Assembly (NCBI GenBank): GCA_963817955.1
Contig: CAWFQK010000002.1
Coordinates: 672,001 to 736,000, forward strand
DNA length: 64,000 nt
Direction: 5' to 3'
DNA from: an uncultured Gemmatimonadaceae bacterium
GTDB lineage: Bacteria; Gemmatimonadota; Gemmatimonadetes; Gemmatimonadales; Gemmatimonadaceae
Shown here in pieces: positions 52,685 to 64,000 of this stretch. The position numbers were made by a program, and so were the translations under genes. The notes under the pieces are model-generated. The model saw only the letters and a program-made list of their open reading frames with translations. It made no database searches and had not been told where the DNA came from. Position 1 is the first letter of the stretch, and every line of letters begins with the position of its first letter.

Positions 52685-54802
52685 TTACCGGTCTCCCGGC
52701 TCCGGGTTCAATCCGCGCTGCACGAGCAACGGTTCGACGCTCGGCGCCCGTCCGCGGAATTTACGATAGAGCGCCGCCACGTCCTGCGTGCCGCCGCGCG
52801 ATAGAATCTCGTCGCGGAACGTCTGGCCATTCTGACGCGTGAGACCGCCACGTTCGGTAAACCAAGCGTATGCGTCGTGATCGAGCACTTCGGCCCAGAG
52901 ATAAGCATAGTACCCCGCCTCATAGCCGCCATGCCAGATGTGCGCGAAGTACGTCGTTCGATAACGCGGCGGCACTTCGTGAAGGCTCACCTGGTAACGC
53001 GCCAAGGCTTCGGCTTCGTAGACGTCTACATCCTGTATGGGCGCACCTGGTGGGAGTGTGTGCCAGCCCATGTCGAGCAGCGCCGCCGAAATGTACTCGG
53101 TGAGGGCGAACCCCTGATTGAACGTGCGCGACGTCTTCATCTTGTCCACCAATGCTTGCGGCATCGGCGTGCCAGTCTGATGGTGCTTGGCGTAGTGCGC
53201 GAAGACCACCGGGTGCGTGGCCCAGTGCTCGTTGAACTGCGACGGAAACTCGACAAAGTCGCGTGGGACGTTCGTACCGGACAGCATGGGGTACTGCACA
53301 GACGAGAACATGGCGTGCAACGCGTGGCCGAACTCGTGAAACAACGTCGTCACGTCGTCGAAGCTGAGCAACGCGGGCTGACCCGGCGCCGGCCTCGAGA
53401 AGTTCGCAATATTATAGACGACGGGCCGCGTGCCGAGGAGCGTCGATTGACCGACGAATTCGTCCATCCACGCGCCGCCACTCTTGTTGTCACGCTTGAG
53501 GAAATCACCGTAGAAGAGCGCCAGCGGCGAACCATCCGTGTCGAGCACCTCGAAGACGCGCACCTCGGGATGATAGACGGGAAGATCCTCGCGCTCCCTG
53601 AACGTGATGCCGTATAACTGGTGCGCGGCAAAGAACACCCCGTCGTGTAATACACGATCGAGCTCGAAGTACGGCTTGATCTGCGATTCATCGAGATCGT
53701 ATTCCGCCCTGCGCACCTGCTCCGCATAGTACTGCCAGTCCCACGGCTGCAGGGCGAACCCACCCTGCTGGCTGTCGATCAGCGCCTGCATCTTCGCCGC
53801 TTCCGTGCGTGCCTTGGCGGCAGCCGGCGCGCCGATCTCGGTGAGCAGCTTGATCGCGGCCTCCGGCGTCTTGGCCATCTGATCATCGAGGACATAGGCT
53901 GCCGCGGTCGGGAAACCCAGCAGATGAGCGCGGTCGGCGCGCAGTTGCGCGAGTCGCTGCATGATGGCGCGCGTGTCCATGCTGTCGCCGCGATCGGCGC
54001 GATGGATGGATGCCTCGAACAACCGCTGCCGCGTGGCGCGGCGTCGCAATGTTTCCTGAGATGGCTGCTGCGTCGTGTTCTGGAGCGGGAGGACCCACCT
54101 GCCGGCAAGCTGGCGCTCCTTCGCCGCCTCGGCGGCGGCTTCGACATCCACAGGACTGAGCCCCTCGAGCTCCTCCGCGTCGTTCACGATGAGCGCGCCA
54201 GCCTTCGTCGCAGCGAGCAGACGGTTCTGCAATTCGGTGGTGAGCGTGGACTCTTCCTGATTCAACGCGCGGAGCCGGGTCTTATTCGCCTCGTTCAGAC
54301 GCGCGCCGGCGCGCACGAAGTCCAGATAGTAGCGCTCAACCAACTGCACCTGCTCTGGCGTGAGCCCCGAGTCCTCACGCTGATCGTGCAACGAGCAGAG
54401 GCGCTGAAACAGTCTGTCATTGAGAAAAATTGCATCGCTGTGCGCCGCAAGCTTCGGGGCGACTACGCCTTGCACGGCCTGCAGCACGTCATTGGTGTTC
54501 GCCGCGGTAATGCCGTTGAACACCTTGAGCACACGCGTCAGCAGTTCGCCCGAGCATTCGAGCGGAACGATCGTGTTCTCGAACGTCGGCGCGACACTCG
54601 CGTTCGCGATCGTCTCCACCTCCGCCAGATGTTGCCGCATGCCTTCTTCAATTGCCGGCTGAAAATCGGCGTCGTGTATCCGATCGAACGGAGGCGCCTG
54701 AAACGGCAGCTCGCTTGCTCGGGCGAACGGATTGTCGTGAGGAAGGGCCGATGGCGTCGGTGGGGTCACGGCCGGGGCAGAGGGACGCACGGTCGAGCTC
54801 AC
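52685..54802 (-). CDS. dcp: M3 family peptidyl-dipeptidase Dcp
   Basis: FHEFGHALH, RDFVEFPSQ, KSGGAWM, YYAYLWAEVL; start chosen from RBS. Confidence 0.92.
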   Translation of the reverse strand: MSSTVRPSAPAVTPPTPSALPHDNPFARASELPFQAPPFDRIHDADFQPAIEEGMRQHLAEVETIANASVAPTFENTIVPLECSGELLTRVLKVFNGITAANTNDVLQAVQGVVAPKLAAHSDAIFLNDRLFQRLCSLHDQREDSGLTPEQVQLVERYYLDFVRAGARLNEANKTRLRALNQEESTLTTELQNRLLAATKAGALIVNDAEELEGLSPVDVEAAAEAAKERQLAGRWVLPLQNTTQQPSQETLRRRATRQRLFEASIHRADRGDSMDTRAIMQRLAQLRADRAHLLGFPTAAAYVLDDQMAKTPEAAIKLLTEIGAPAAAKARTEAAKMQALIDSQQGGFALQPWDWQYYAEQVRRAEYDLDESQIKPYFELDRVLHDGVFFAAHQLYGITFREREDLPVYHPEVRVFEVLDTDGSPLALFYGDFLKRDNKSGGAWMDEFVGQSTLLGTRPVVYNIANFSRPAPGQPALLSFDDVTTLFHEFGHALHAMFSSVQYPMLSGTNVPRDFVEFPSQFNEHWATHPVVFAHYAKHHQTGTPMPQALVDKMKTSRTFNQGFALTEYISAALLDMGWHTLPPGAPIQDVDVYEAEALARYQVSLHEVPPRYRTTYFAHIWHGGYEAGYYAYLWAEVLDHDAYAWFTERGGLTRQNGQTFRDEILSRGGTQDVAALYRKFRGRAPSVEPLLVQRGLNPEPGDR

Positions 54803-54812
54803 GACCGATCCC

Positions 54813-55058
54813 TCACACGCGCCGCGCCCCACCGCCCCCACCGATGTACGTGAGCTGCTTACCGACCGCGACGTGCACGGCGACGATTGCAATGACGACG
54901 AGTCCAGTCGAGATCCAGGTGACGACCGACATCACCGGCGTCATACCCCCGGTTGTCGTGGAGCGGCTGAGGTACGCCACATACAGGTATGCGGCAACGT
55001 AGGCCACGCTCAATGCATACATGGCGAGCCCGGCCAGACGAGCAAGTTTGGGAGGCAT
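54813..55058 (-). CDS. Small two-TM hypothetical protein
   Basis: GAGG RBS; two hydrophobic helices. Confidence 0.6.
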   Translation of the reverse strand: MPPKLARLAGLAMYALSVAYVAAYLYVAYLSRSTTTGGMTPVMSVVTWISTGLVVIAIVAVHVAVGKQLTYIGGGGGARRV

Positions 55059-55117
55059 CGTTTCCTCGTGACCGCGAAGTGAATACGTAAGTTCTTCGCG
55101 TACGCGACAGTACGCAA

Positions 55118-56449
55118 CTAAAAGACCAGGGCCTCGACGCCGGCCCGCGTGACGCGGTGCGAAACGAGCGGGAGCGGCGGATCGCATTCGTCCGACACAC
55201 CAATCGCGGCGAGCAACGCCTGGCGTCCTTTGTCGATCCCCGAGTGATTGTGCGCGAAGATCGTCGCCAGCGGCTCGCCGGCCTCGACCCAATTACCGGG
55301 GCACGCCGTGATGACGAACCCGACACTGGGATCGACGATGCCGTCGACCCTCGTACGCCCCCCCCCCATCTCGATGATGCCGCGTCCAATGGCGCGCGGC
55401 TCGATGCCGGAAACGAATCCACGTCGCGGCGAGTGGAATACCTCGGACTCAGCGGCCTGCGGTAGGACAGCGGGGTCATCGACAACACTCGGATTCCCTC
55501 CCTGCGCTTCGATGATCTGCTGGAACTGGCGCGCAGCACGGCCGTCGGCGATCGCAGCGGACATGTCCCGTCGTGCGGATGCCTGATCCGGCGAATGGCC
55601 GGCGAGCATCAACATTTCGGCGCCAAGCGCATACGTCACTTCCATGAGATCCGCTGGACCCTCGCCCTTGAGGGCGGCAATCGACTCTTCGACTTCGAGC
55701 GCATTGCCGCAAGCCCGTCCGAGTGGCCGATCCATGGCCGTGAGCAACGCTACTACCGGACATCCATGATCCGCGCCAAGTGCAATCATGATCTCCGCTA
55801 ACGCCAGTCCGCGCTCGAGTTCAGGAAGGAACGCGCCGCTGCCGCGCTTGATGTCGAGAACGAGACCGGTCAACCCCTCCGCGAGCTTCTTGCTCATGAT
55901 GCTCGCGGCAATGAGCGGAATGGATTCGACGGTCGCCGTGGCGTCGCGTAGCGCGTACAGCTTGCGGTCGGCGGGCGCGATCTCTGGCGTCTGTCCAATC
56001 AGCGCACAGTTGATCTGCTCGATCTGCGCGCGCGCCTCAGCGAGCGAAAGGTCGGTGCGGAAGCCGGGAATCGATTCGAGCTTGTCGAGGGTACCGCCGG
56101 TATGCCCGAGCGAGCGCCCGGACATCATCGGCACAGCAACGCCGAGGGAGGCGACGAGCGGCGCGAGCACGAGCGACACTTTGTCACCGACGCCACCGGT
56201 GGAGTGTTTGTCGATGCGCGGGCGACCGAGATCCGACAGATCGAGCCGGTCGCCACTCGCGAGCATGGCATCCGTTAGAGCCGCCGTTTCGCCGCGATCG
56301 AGTCCGCGGAGATAGCAGGCCATTAATAGGGCCGCCATCTGATATTCCGGCACATGGTCTCCGGCATACGCCGACAGCAGCGCACGCCATTCCCCTGACT
56401 CGATCCGTCCTCCATCACGCTTTCGCTCGATCAGACGATGTGCGAGCAT
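55118..56449 (-). CDS. pdp: Thymidine/pyrimidine-nucleoside phosphorylase
   Basis: DKHSTGGVGDK, SGRSLGHTGGTLDKLE, SIMSKK. Confidence 0.95.
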   Translation of the reverse strand: MLAHRLIERKRDGGRIESGEWRALLSAYAGDHVPEYQMAALLMACYLRGLDRGETAALTDAMLASGDRLDLSDLGRPRIDKHSTGGVGDKVSLVLAPLVASLGVAVPMMSGRSLGHTGGTLDKLESIPGFRTDLSLAEARAQIEQINCALIGQTPEIAPADRKLYALRDATATVESIPLIAASIMSKKLAEGLTGLVLDIKRGSGAFLPELERGLALAEIMIALGADHGCPVVALLTAMDRPLGRACGNALEVEESIAALKGEGPADLMEVTYALGAEMLMLAGHSPDQASARRDMSAAIADGRAARQFQQIIEAQGGNPSVVDDPAVLPQAAESEVFHSPRRGFVSGIEPRAIGRGIIEMGGGRTRVDGIVDPSVGFVITACPGNWVEAGEPLATIFAHNHSGIDKGRQALLAAIGVSDECDPPLPLVSHRVTRAGVEALVF

Positions 56450-56500
56450 TGAGCCGGATTAGGGGTGCTGTCCACTGATCTCGTTCCTACGGAGTTGGTC

Positions 56501-57178
56501 ATGAAACTTCATGTGGCTTGTGCCGTCGGTGGGCTGGTAGTCGGCCATGCGCTGGGCGCGCAGACCGGCGCGGATTCGAACAGCTACGCCTGGCTCGTGA
56601 AAGCCGCGTCGGCAGCAGTGGATTCCGGCGAGTTCAACACGAATGTCGAGCAACGCACGGCACAGTACAGAAGGGCAGAACAGTACGCGCGTCGCGCCGT
56701 TGCGGCAAACCCCGGCGATGCCGAGGGACATTTCGAACTGGCAAAGGCAATCGGTCGGAATGCGCTCACCATGGGCACACGGGACAAGATCAAGTTCGCG
56801 GGCGAGGTGCACGAGCAGGCGATGGATGCGCTGAAACTCAGCCCGAAGCATGGCGGTGCGCTGCACGTCATGGGCGTTTGGAACGCCGAGATCATGCGGC
56901 TGAACGGGTTCTCGCGCATGATCGCGAAGAACTTCCTCGGCGGCAAGATCTTTGGCGAAGCAAGCTGGGACAACGCCGAGAAGTACCTCCAAGAGGCAGT
57001 GGCGGCCGAGCCAAACCGCATCACGCACCACCTCGACCTTGGCGCCGTCTATGCCGATCGGAACGACAAAGCGCGGGCGATCGAACAATACGAGTGGGTC
57101 GAGCGCGCGCCGGCCACGGAGTTCAATGACCGGCATTACAAGGATGAAGCCGCGCGCCGTCTGAAGGACCTACGCTGA
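56501..57178 (+). CDS. Secreted TPR-like protein
   Basis: Signal peptide, TPR helices. Confidence 0.75.
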   Translation: MKLHVACAVGGLVVGHALGAQTGADSNSYAWLVKAASAAVDSGEFNTNVEQRTAQYRRAEQYARRAVAANPGDAEGHFELAKAIGRNALTMGTRDKIKFAGEVHEQAMDALKLSPKHGGALHVMGVWNAEIMRLNGFSRMIAKNFLGGKIFGEASWDNAEKYLQEAVAAEPNRITHHLDLGAVYADRNDKARAIEQYEWVERAPATEFNDRHYKDEAARRLKDLR

Positions 57179-57179
57179 T

Positions 57180-57485
57180 CTAGTCGATCATGCCGGCAAA
57201 CGCGCCGGCATGATCACGGCGATGCTGCCTTGCCCGTTGCCGGCGCCGAACTGCACGCCTGATTTCGTCGCGCAGGTCGTCCCACGCGTCGTGACCTTTC
57301 CGGGTGAGCCGGCGTCCCGTTCGGCGGAGTGAATGCCGCGTGTCCTCGCCCGCTTGCGGCGCAAAGAGCAAGGCTCCAGCGACGCCGAGCGCCGCGCCGA
57401 GCGCAACCCCAGCGGCAAAGCCAAACGCCCCGGAGCCGTCATGCCTGGAGAATAGGGATTTCGCAGTCCCGGGCCGGACGCTCAT
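57180..57485 (-). CDS. YtxH-like protein
   Basis: FAAGVALGAALGVAGALLFAPQAGEDTR. Confidence 0.8.
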   Translation of the reverse strand: MSVRPGTAKSLFSRHDGSGAFGFAAGVALGAALGVAGALLFAPQAGEDTRHSLRRTGRRLTRKGHDAWDDLRDEIRRAVRRRQRARQHRRDHAGAFAGMID

Positions 57486-57769
57486 GGGCCGACTCGCCGC
57501 GGGTCGCGGAAAGTGTACAAGGTCTGGGGCGCGTCTTCCGCGCGAAACAGGGCCGGCGTACGACATGTGTGGGGGTCTCCGTGATCCATGGTAAGGAAAT
57601 TGCGACAAACCGGCCTTAACGAGATATTTCCCGGCGCCGCGTGCTGGAACGAGATATTCTGTGCATCGCACCCTGCCGCCACCTAATATCCTGCCGTGAA
57701 ACTCAAACCTGCTCTGCACCGCGACGCTGGACATGCTGCAGGTTCACCATCGACGGTGTGAGGACTCGC

Positions 57770-58165
57770 ATGGCCACGAACGGAAAAAGGGTTCTTCTCG
57801 TCGAGGACAACGAGGACAACCGCATCGTCTATTCCACCATTCTTCGCCATTTCGGCTATACGGTCTCCGAGGCGCTGAATGGAGAGGAAGGGATCGCCAA
57901 GGCGCGGTCGGAGAAGCCCGATCTGATTCTGATGGATATTTCGATCCCCGTCATCGACGGGTGGGAAGCGACGCAGGTGCTCAAGCACGATCCGCAGACC
58001 CGAGAGATCCCGATTATCGCGCTCACAGCCCATGCACTGGCCTCCGATCGAGAGAAGGCGATGGAGGTGGGTTGCGATGGCTATCTCGCCAAGCCATGTG
58101 AGCCGAGGGTGGTCGTTGCCGAAGTCCAACGATTCCTCGGAAAGAGCGATGGAAGCCCCGCGTGA
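57770..58165 (+). CDS. Single-domain response regulator (DivK-like)
   Basis: LLVEDN, DLILMD, IIALTAHA, YLAKP. Confidence 0.93.
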   Translation: MATNGKRVLLVEDNEDNRIVYSTILRHFGYTVSEALNGEEGIAKARSEKPDLILMDISIPVIDGWEATQVLKHDPQTREIPIIALTAHALASDREKAMEVGCDGYLAKPCEPRVVVAEVQRFLGKSDGSPA

Positions 58166-59133
58166 GACCGCCCCTGCGCGCATCCTGATCGTCGACGATC
58201 ACGAAGACAATATCGAGCTACTACGCGCGCGACTCGAGTCGTGGGGCTACACCACGGAAAGCGCCGCTGACGGAGAGGAAGCACTCTTCAAAGTCGAAGC
58301 GTCACCGCCGGACCTGATCCTGCTCGACGTCATGTTGCCGAAGATCGACGGCATCGAGGTCGCGCGCCGCGTCAAGGGCGACAGCATGCTGCCGTTCATA
58401 CCGATCATCATGCAGACGGCGCTGGACGCGACGGAGAACAAGGTCGAAGGCCTCGAGGCGGGTGCCGACGACTACATCACCAAACCCATCGACTTCGCCG
58501 AGCTCAAGGCGCGGCTCAACTCCATGCTGCGCATCAAGCGCCTGCAGGAGGAGCTCGAGGAGCGCGAGCGCCAGTTACTGGAAGCCAATGAACGTCTGCG
58601 ATACATGTCACAGACGGACAGCCTCACGGGACTCGATAATAGACGGCATCTCGAGGAACGCCTGGAGGAGATGTTCGAGCACGCCAGCCGGCTTGCCGAA
58701 CCGTTCTCCTGCGTCATGTGCGATCTCGATCGTTTCAAGAGTGTGAACGACACGTATGGGCACCAGGCGGGTGACGCGGTGCTCAAGCAGTTCGCGCGCA
58801 TCCTCCGCAACGAGGTGCGCGAGATCGACCGCGTCGGCCGGTACGGTGGCGAGGAGTTCATGCTGCTCCTGCCCGGCGCGGTGCTCGACTCGGCGGCGAC
58901 GTTCGCGGAAAGGGTGCGAAAACAGGTCGAGGCACATACATTCACGTTCGACGGCGCCCCGATCCAACGCACGGCGAGCTTCGGGGTGTCTGCTTGGCCA
59001 CACCCGCGCGTCGAGAACTGCGACGCATTGATGCGCGCCGCCGATGACGCGCTGTACGTCGCGAAGGAGACCGGCCGCAATCGGGTCGTTCGCTTCGACA
59101 GCGACGAATTCAACGAGCACATCGCGGCGGAAG

Positions 59134-59147
<14 letters not shown>
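58149..59147 (+). CDS. REC-GGDEF diguanylate cyclase
   Basis: REC domain; TDSLTG, DLDRFK, REID I-site, RYGGEEF. Confidence 0.95.
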
Positions 59148-61993
<2,846 letters not shown>

Positions 61994-62007
61994 TCAAGGA
62001 GAGCCCG

Positions 62008-62565
62008 ATGGCATCGTCGATCGACCTATCCGGGAATGCGCTCGTCGCCCTGACGCGCGATTCGCTGATCGCATTGCGCAACGGCCTGTTCCGCGACGTC
62101 GGGCCGAACGCGGCGGCCCTGCTCCAAGAGGCGGGATATGCCGGGGGGCCGGCGCTGTTCGATGCGTTCACACGCTGGCTGTCGGCGCGCGGCTTGTCAG
62201 CGCCCGAATCGCTGCCCGCCACGGAGTTTGCGTCGCGCGCATCGGAATTCTTTCGCGACACCGGGTGGGGATCGATCGCCCTCGGCTCCATGGAGTCGGT
62301 CGCCACGGTCGATTCCGCCGACTGGGCGGAAAGCGATCCGGCATATCCGCTCGAGTTTCCAGGATGCTACTACACCGCGGGCGTGATGGCCGATTTCTTT
62401 GGCCGACTCGCCGGCGTACCACTGGCGGCTATGGAAGTAGAATGTCGCTCGATGGGTGCCGAACGCTGCCGGTTCCTGGTGGGCGGACCGGAGACCATGC
62501 AGCGCGTCTACGATGCGATGGCCGACGGTACGACGTACGATCAAGCGGTGGCGGCGTCGGTGTAG
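62008..62565 (+). CDS. V4R domain protein
   Basis: GWG, C..AG, EVECRSMGAERCRF. Confidence 0.85.
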   Translation: MASSIDLSGNALVALTRDSLIALRNGLFRDVGPNAAALLQEAGYAGGPALFDAFTRWLSARGLSAPESLPATEFASRASEFFRDTGWGSIALGSMESVATVDSADWAESDPAYPLEFPGCYYTAGVMADFFGRLAGVPLAAMEVECRSMGAERCRFLVGGPETMQRVYDAMADGTTYDQAVAASV

Positions 62566-62576
62566 CGCCGCCGAGT

Positions 62577-63110
62577 TCACGGTCCCGCTTTCAACGCCTC
62601 GGCGTACAGGGGATTGGGCACGAGGTCGCCGTCGATCAGCACTTCGCGATCCCAAGGCAGAATGATGGTGCTTTCCGTCGCGAGCGCGTGATAGTCCGGC
62701 GTGTAGGGGCCGGTCTGAAAGGCAACGGCGGTGCGCACGTCGGCGGCCCCTGCATTCACTATCGCCGCAACGGCGAGGCGGATCGTGTCGCCCGTGTCGC
62801 ACGTTTCGTCCACCACGAGCACGCGCCGGCCGCGAGCCGACGGCGGCGCGGCACTGAGGACGGCGGGCGTTTCGCGTACGGCTTCGGCGCCAAACCGACG
62901 GCTGACGATCATGGAGTGGAACTCACGTCCGAGAATCGCGGCAATCACGGCGCCCGGTACGACTCCGGCGGCGGCGATCCCTACCACCAGCTCGGGGTCG
63001 TAGCTGCGGGCCACCTTGAGTGCGAGTCCACGAGAGAGCTCGCCAAACAACGGCCACTCCACCTCGAAAACCCCCCGGGACTGCTCGATCATCGATCGGC
63101 GTGGCGACAT
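62577..63110 (-). CDS. Phosphoribosyltransferase family protein
   Basis: VLVVDETCDTGDT PRPP loop; IILPW. Confidence 0.88.
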   Translation of the reverse strand: MSPRRSMIEQSRGVFEVEWPLFGELSRGLALKVARSYDPELVVGIAAAGVVPGAVIAAILGREFHSMIVSRRFGAEAVRETPAVLSAAPPSARGRRVLVVDETCDTGDTIRLAVAAIVNAGAADVRTAVAFQTGPYTPDYHALATESTIILPWDREVLIDGDLVPNPLYAEALKAGP

Positions 63111-63292
63111 GCTGGTAATCTACCGTTGCGTCGAGTGGCGTGGATGCACGTTTGACGCCGCGCACGGCGGGTTTTCATAGGGACATCGTGGTTGATCCTG
63201 TTACTTTCAACCGATACCTTTGCCGCACGCCATGTCATTCCTCTGGCAGCCCTGATGCGGCTGTTTTGTTGTCCCAAACATTATCGAATCGC

Positions 63293-63745
63293 ATGTCCTG
63301 GTGGAGTCGCCTGATCGGCGGGAAATCTGGTGGCGACCTCAAGCCTCAACGCCTGGATTATTTGAGCGAGGCGATGGCGCTGGAGCGTCAGGGAGATTAC
63401 GACGCTGCCCTGACGTCGTACCGCCTGGCACTGCGCGACCGGCCGAACGACACGAAGATTCTGCAGAACATGGCGATCGCCTTCACGAAGACGACTCGCC
63501 CCGAGGAAGCCATTCGGTGCTATCGGGCCGCACTCGACCACAATCCGCAGCTCTCCGGGGCACATTACGGGCTCGCCTTTTTGCTCATGAAGCGTGGCGA
63601 TCGCGACGGCGCCATCAAACACCTTGACGCGTTTCTCGCTCAGACGCCGTCTGGACCGGAATCGGCACGCTGGGTCCGGCATGCAGAGGAGACATTGGAG
63701 ACGCTCCGAGCGAGCGAACCCGTCTCCGACGACTCCGAGCACTAG
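63293..63745 (+). CDS. TPR protein
   Basis: Three TPR-like repeats. Confidence 0.85.
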   Translation: MSWWSRLIGGKSGGDLKPQRLDYLSEAMALERQGDYDAALTSYRLALRDRPNDTKILQNMAIAFTKTTRPEEAIRCYRAALDHNPQLSGAHYGLAFLLMKRGDRDGAIKHLDAFLAQTPSGPESARWVRHAEETLETLRASEPVSDDSEH

Positions 63746-63746
63746 C

Positions 63747-64000
63747 GTGGGCCAGACTCTCGCGATTGTGAGCCAGAAGGGCGGCGTCGGAAAAACGACG
63801 ACAGCCATCAACATCGCGGCGGCCTTGGCGCGCCGGGGCAGGAAGACGCTCCTGATCGACGCCGATCCCCAGGGATCAGTCCGCTTCGGGCTTGGACTCA
63901 GCGCTGCAGCGACCCGCGTCGGCCTGTCGGACTACCTCGCCGGCACGCATGAAATGCATGAAGTCGTTCGGCCGACCAGCCTGCCGTGGCTGCGCGTCGT
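63747..64000 (+). CDS. ParA/Soj family ATPase (5' part)
   Basis: Manual translation [26 protein letters not shown]. Confidence 0.92.
   Translation, partial: MGQTLAIVSQKGGVGKTTTAINIAAALARRGRKTLLIDADPQGSVRFGLGLSAAATRVGLSDYLAGTHEMHEVVRPTSLPWLRV

Overview
GC-rich bacterial chromosome segment; gene content and style suggest a Gemmatimonadota-like organism (inference). Roughly 1-28.9 kb and 51-64 kb are mostly housekeeping: rplK-nusG-secE-rpmG, four tRNAs, cysS, pspA, sdaAB/AA, uvrA, a transglutaminase-ABC cluster, ccmEFH(I), glpK, mtnA, recF-dciA-gyrB, catDE, dcp, pdp, divK/pleD-like genes, ligA and parA. An accessory region follows gyrB (28.9-51 kb). It holds an Abi-family HEPN gene with a candidate ncRNA hairpin upstream, and a Shango-type three-gene defence system whose TerB protein carries extra domains, including an apparent embedded PxpC fragment. 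It also has an IS630 scar, a 4x28-bp tandem promoter-like array, a ~1.2-kb strictly 21-bp-phased degenerate repeat tract upstream of an uncharacterised helical protein, two toxin-antitoxin modules with disabled toxins, and an NRAMP/MgtE-N/micro-protein operon. The 4.2-5.0 kb intergenic region contains three different inverted-repeat elements. Several single-base frameshifts occur, one in essential cysS, so assembly indel errors are likely and pseudogene calls need read-level checks. All family assignments come from motif recognition by eye; no searches were run.
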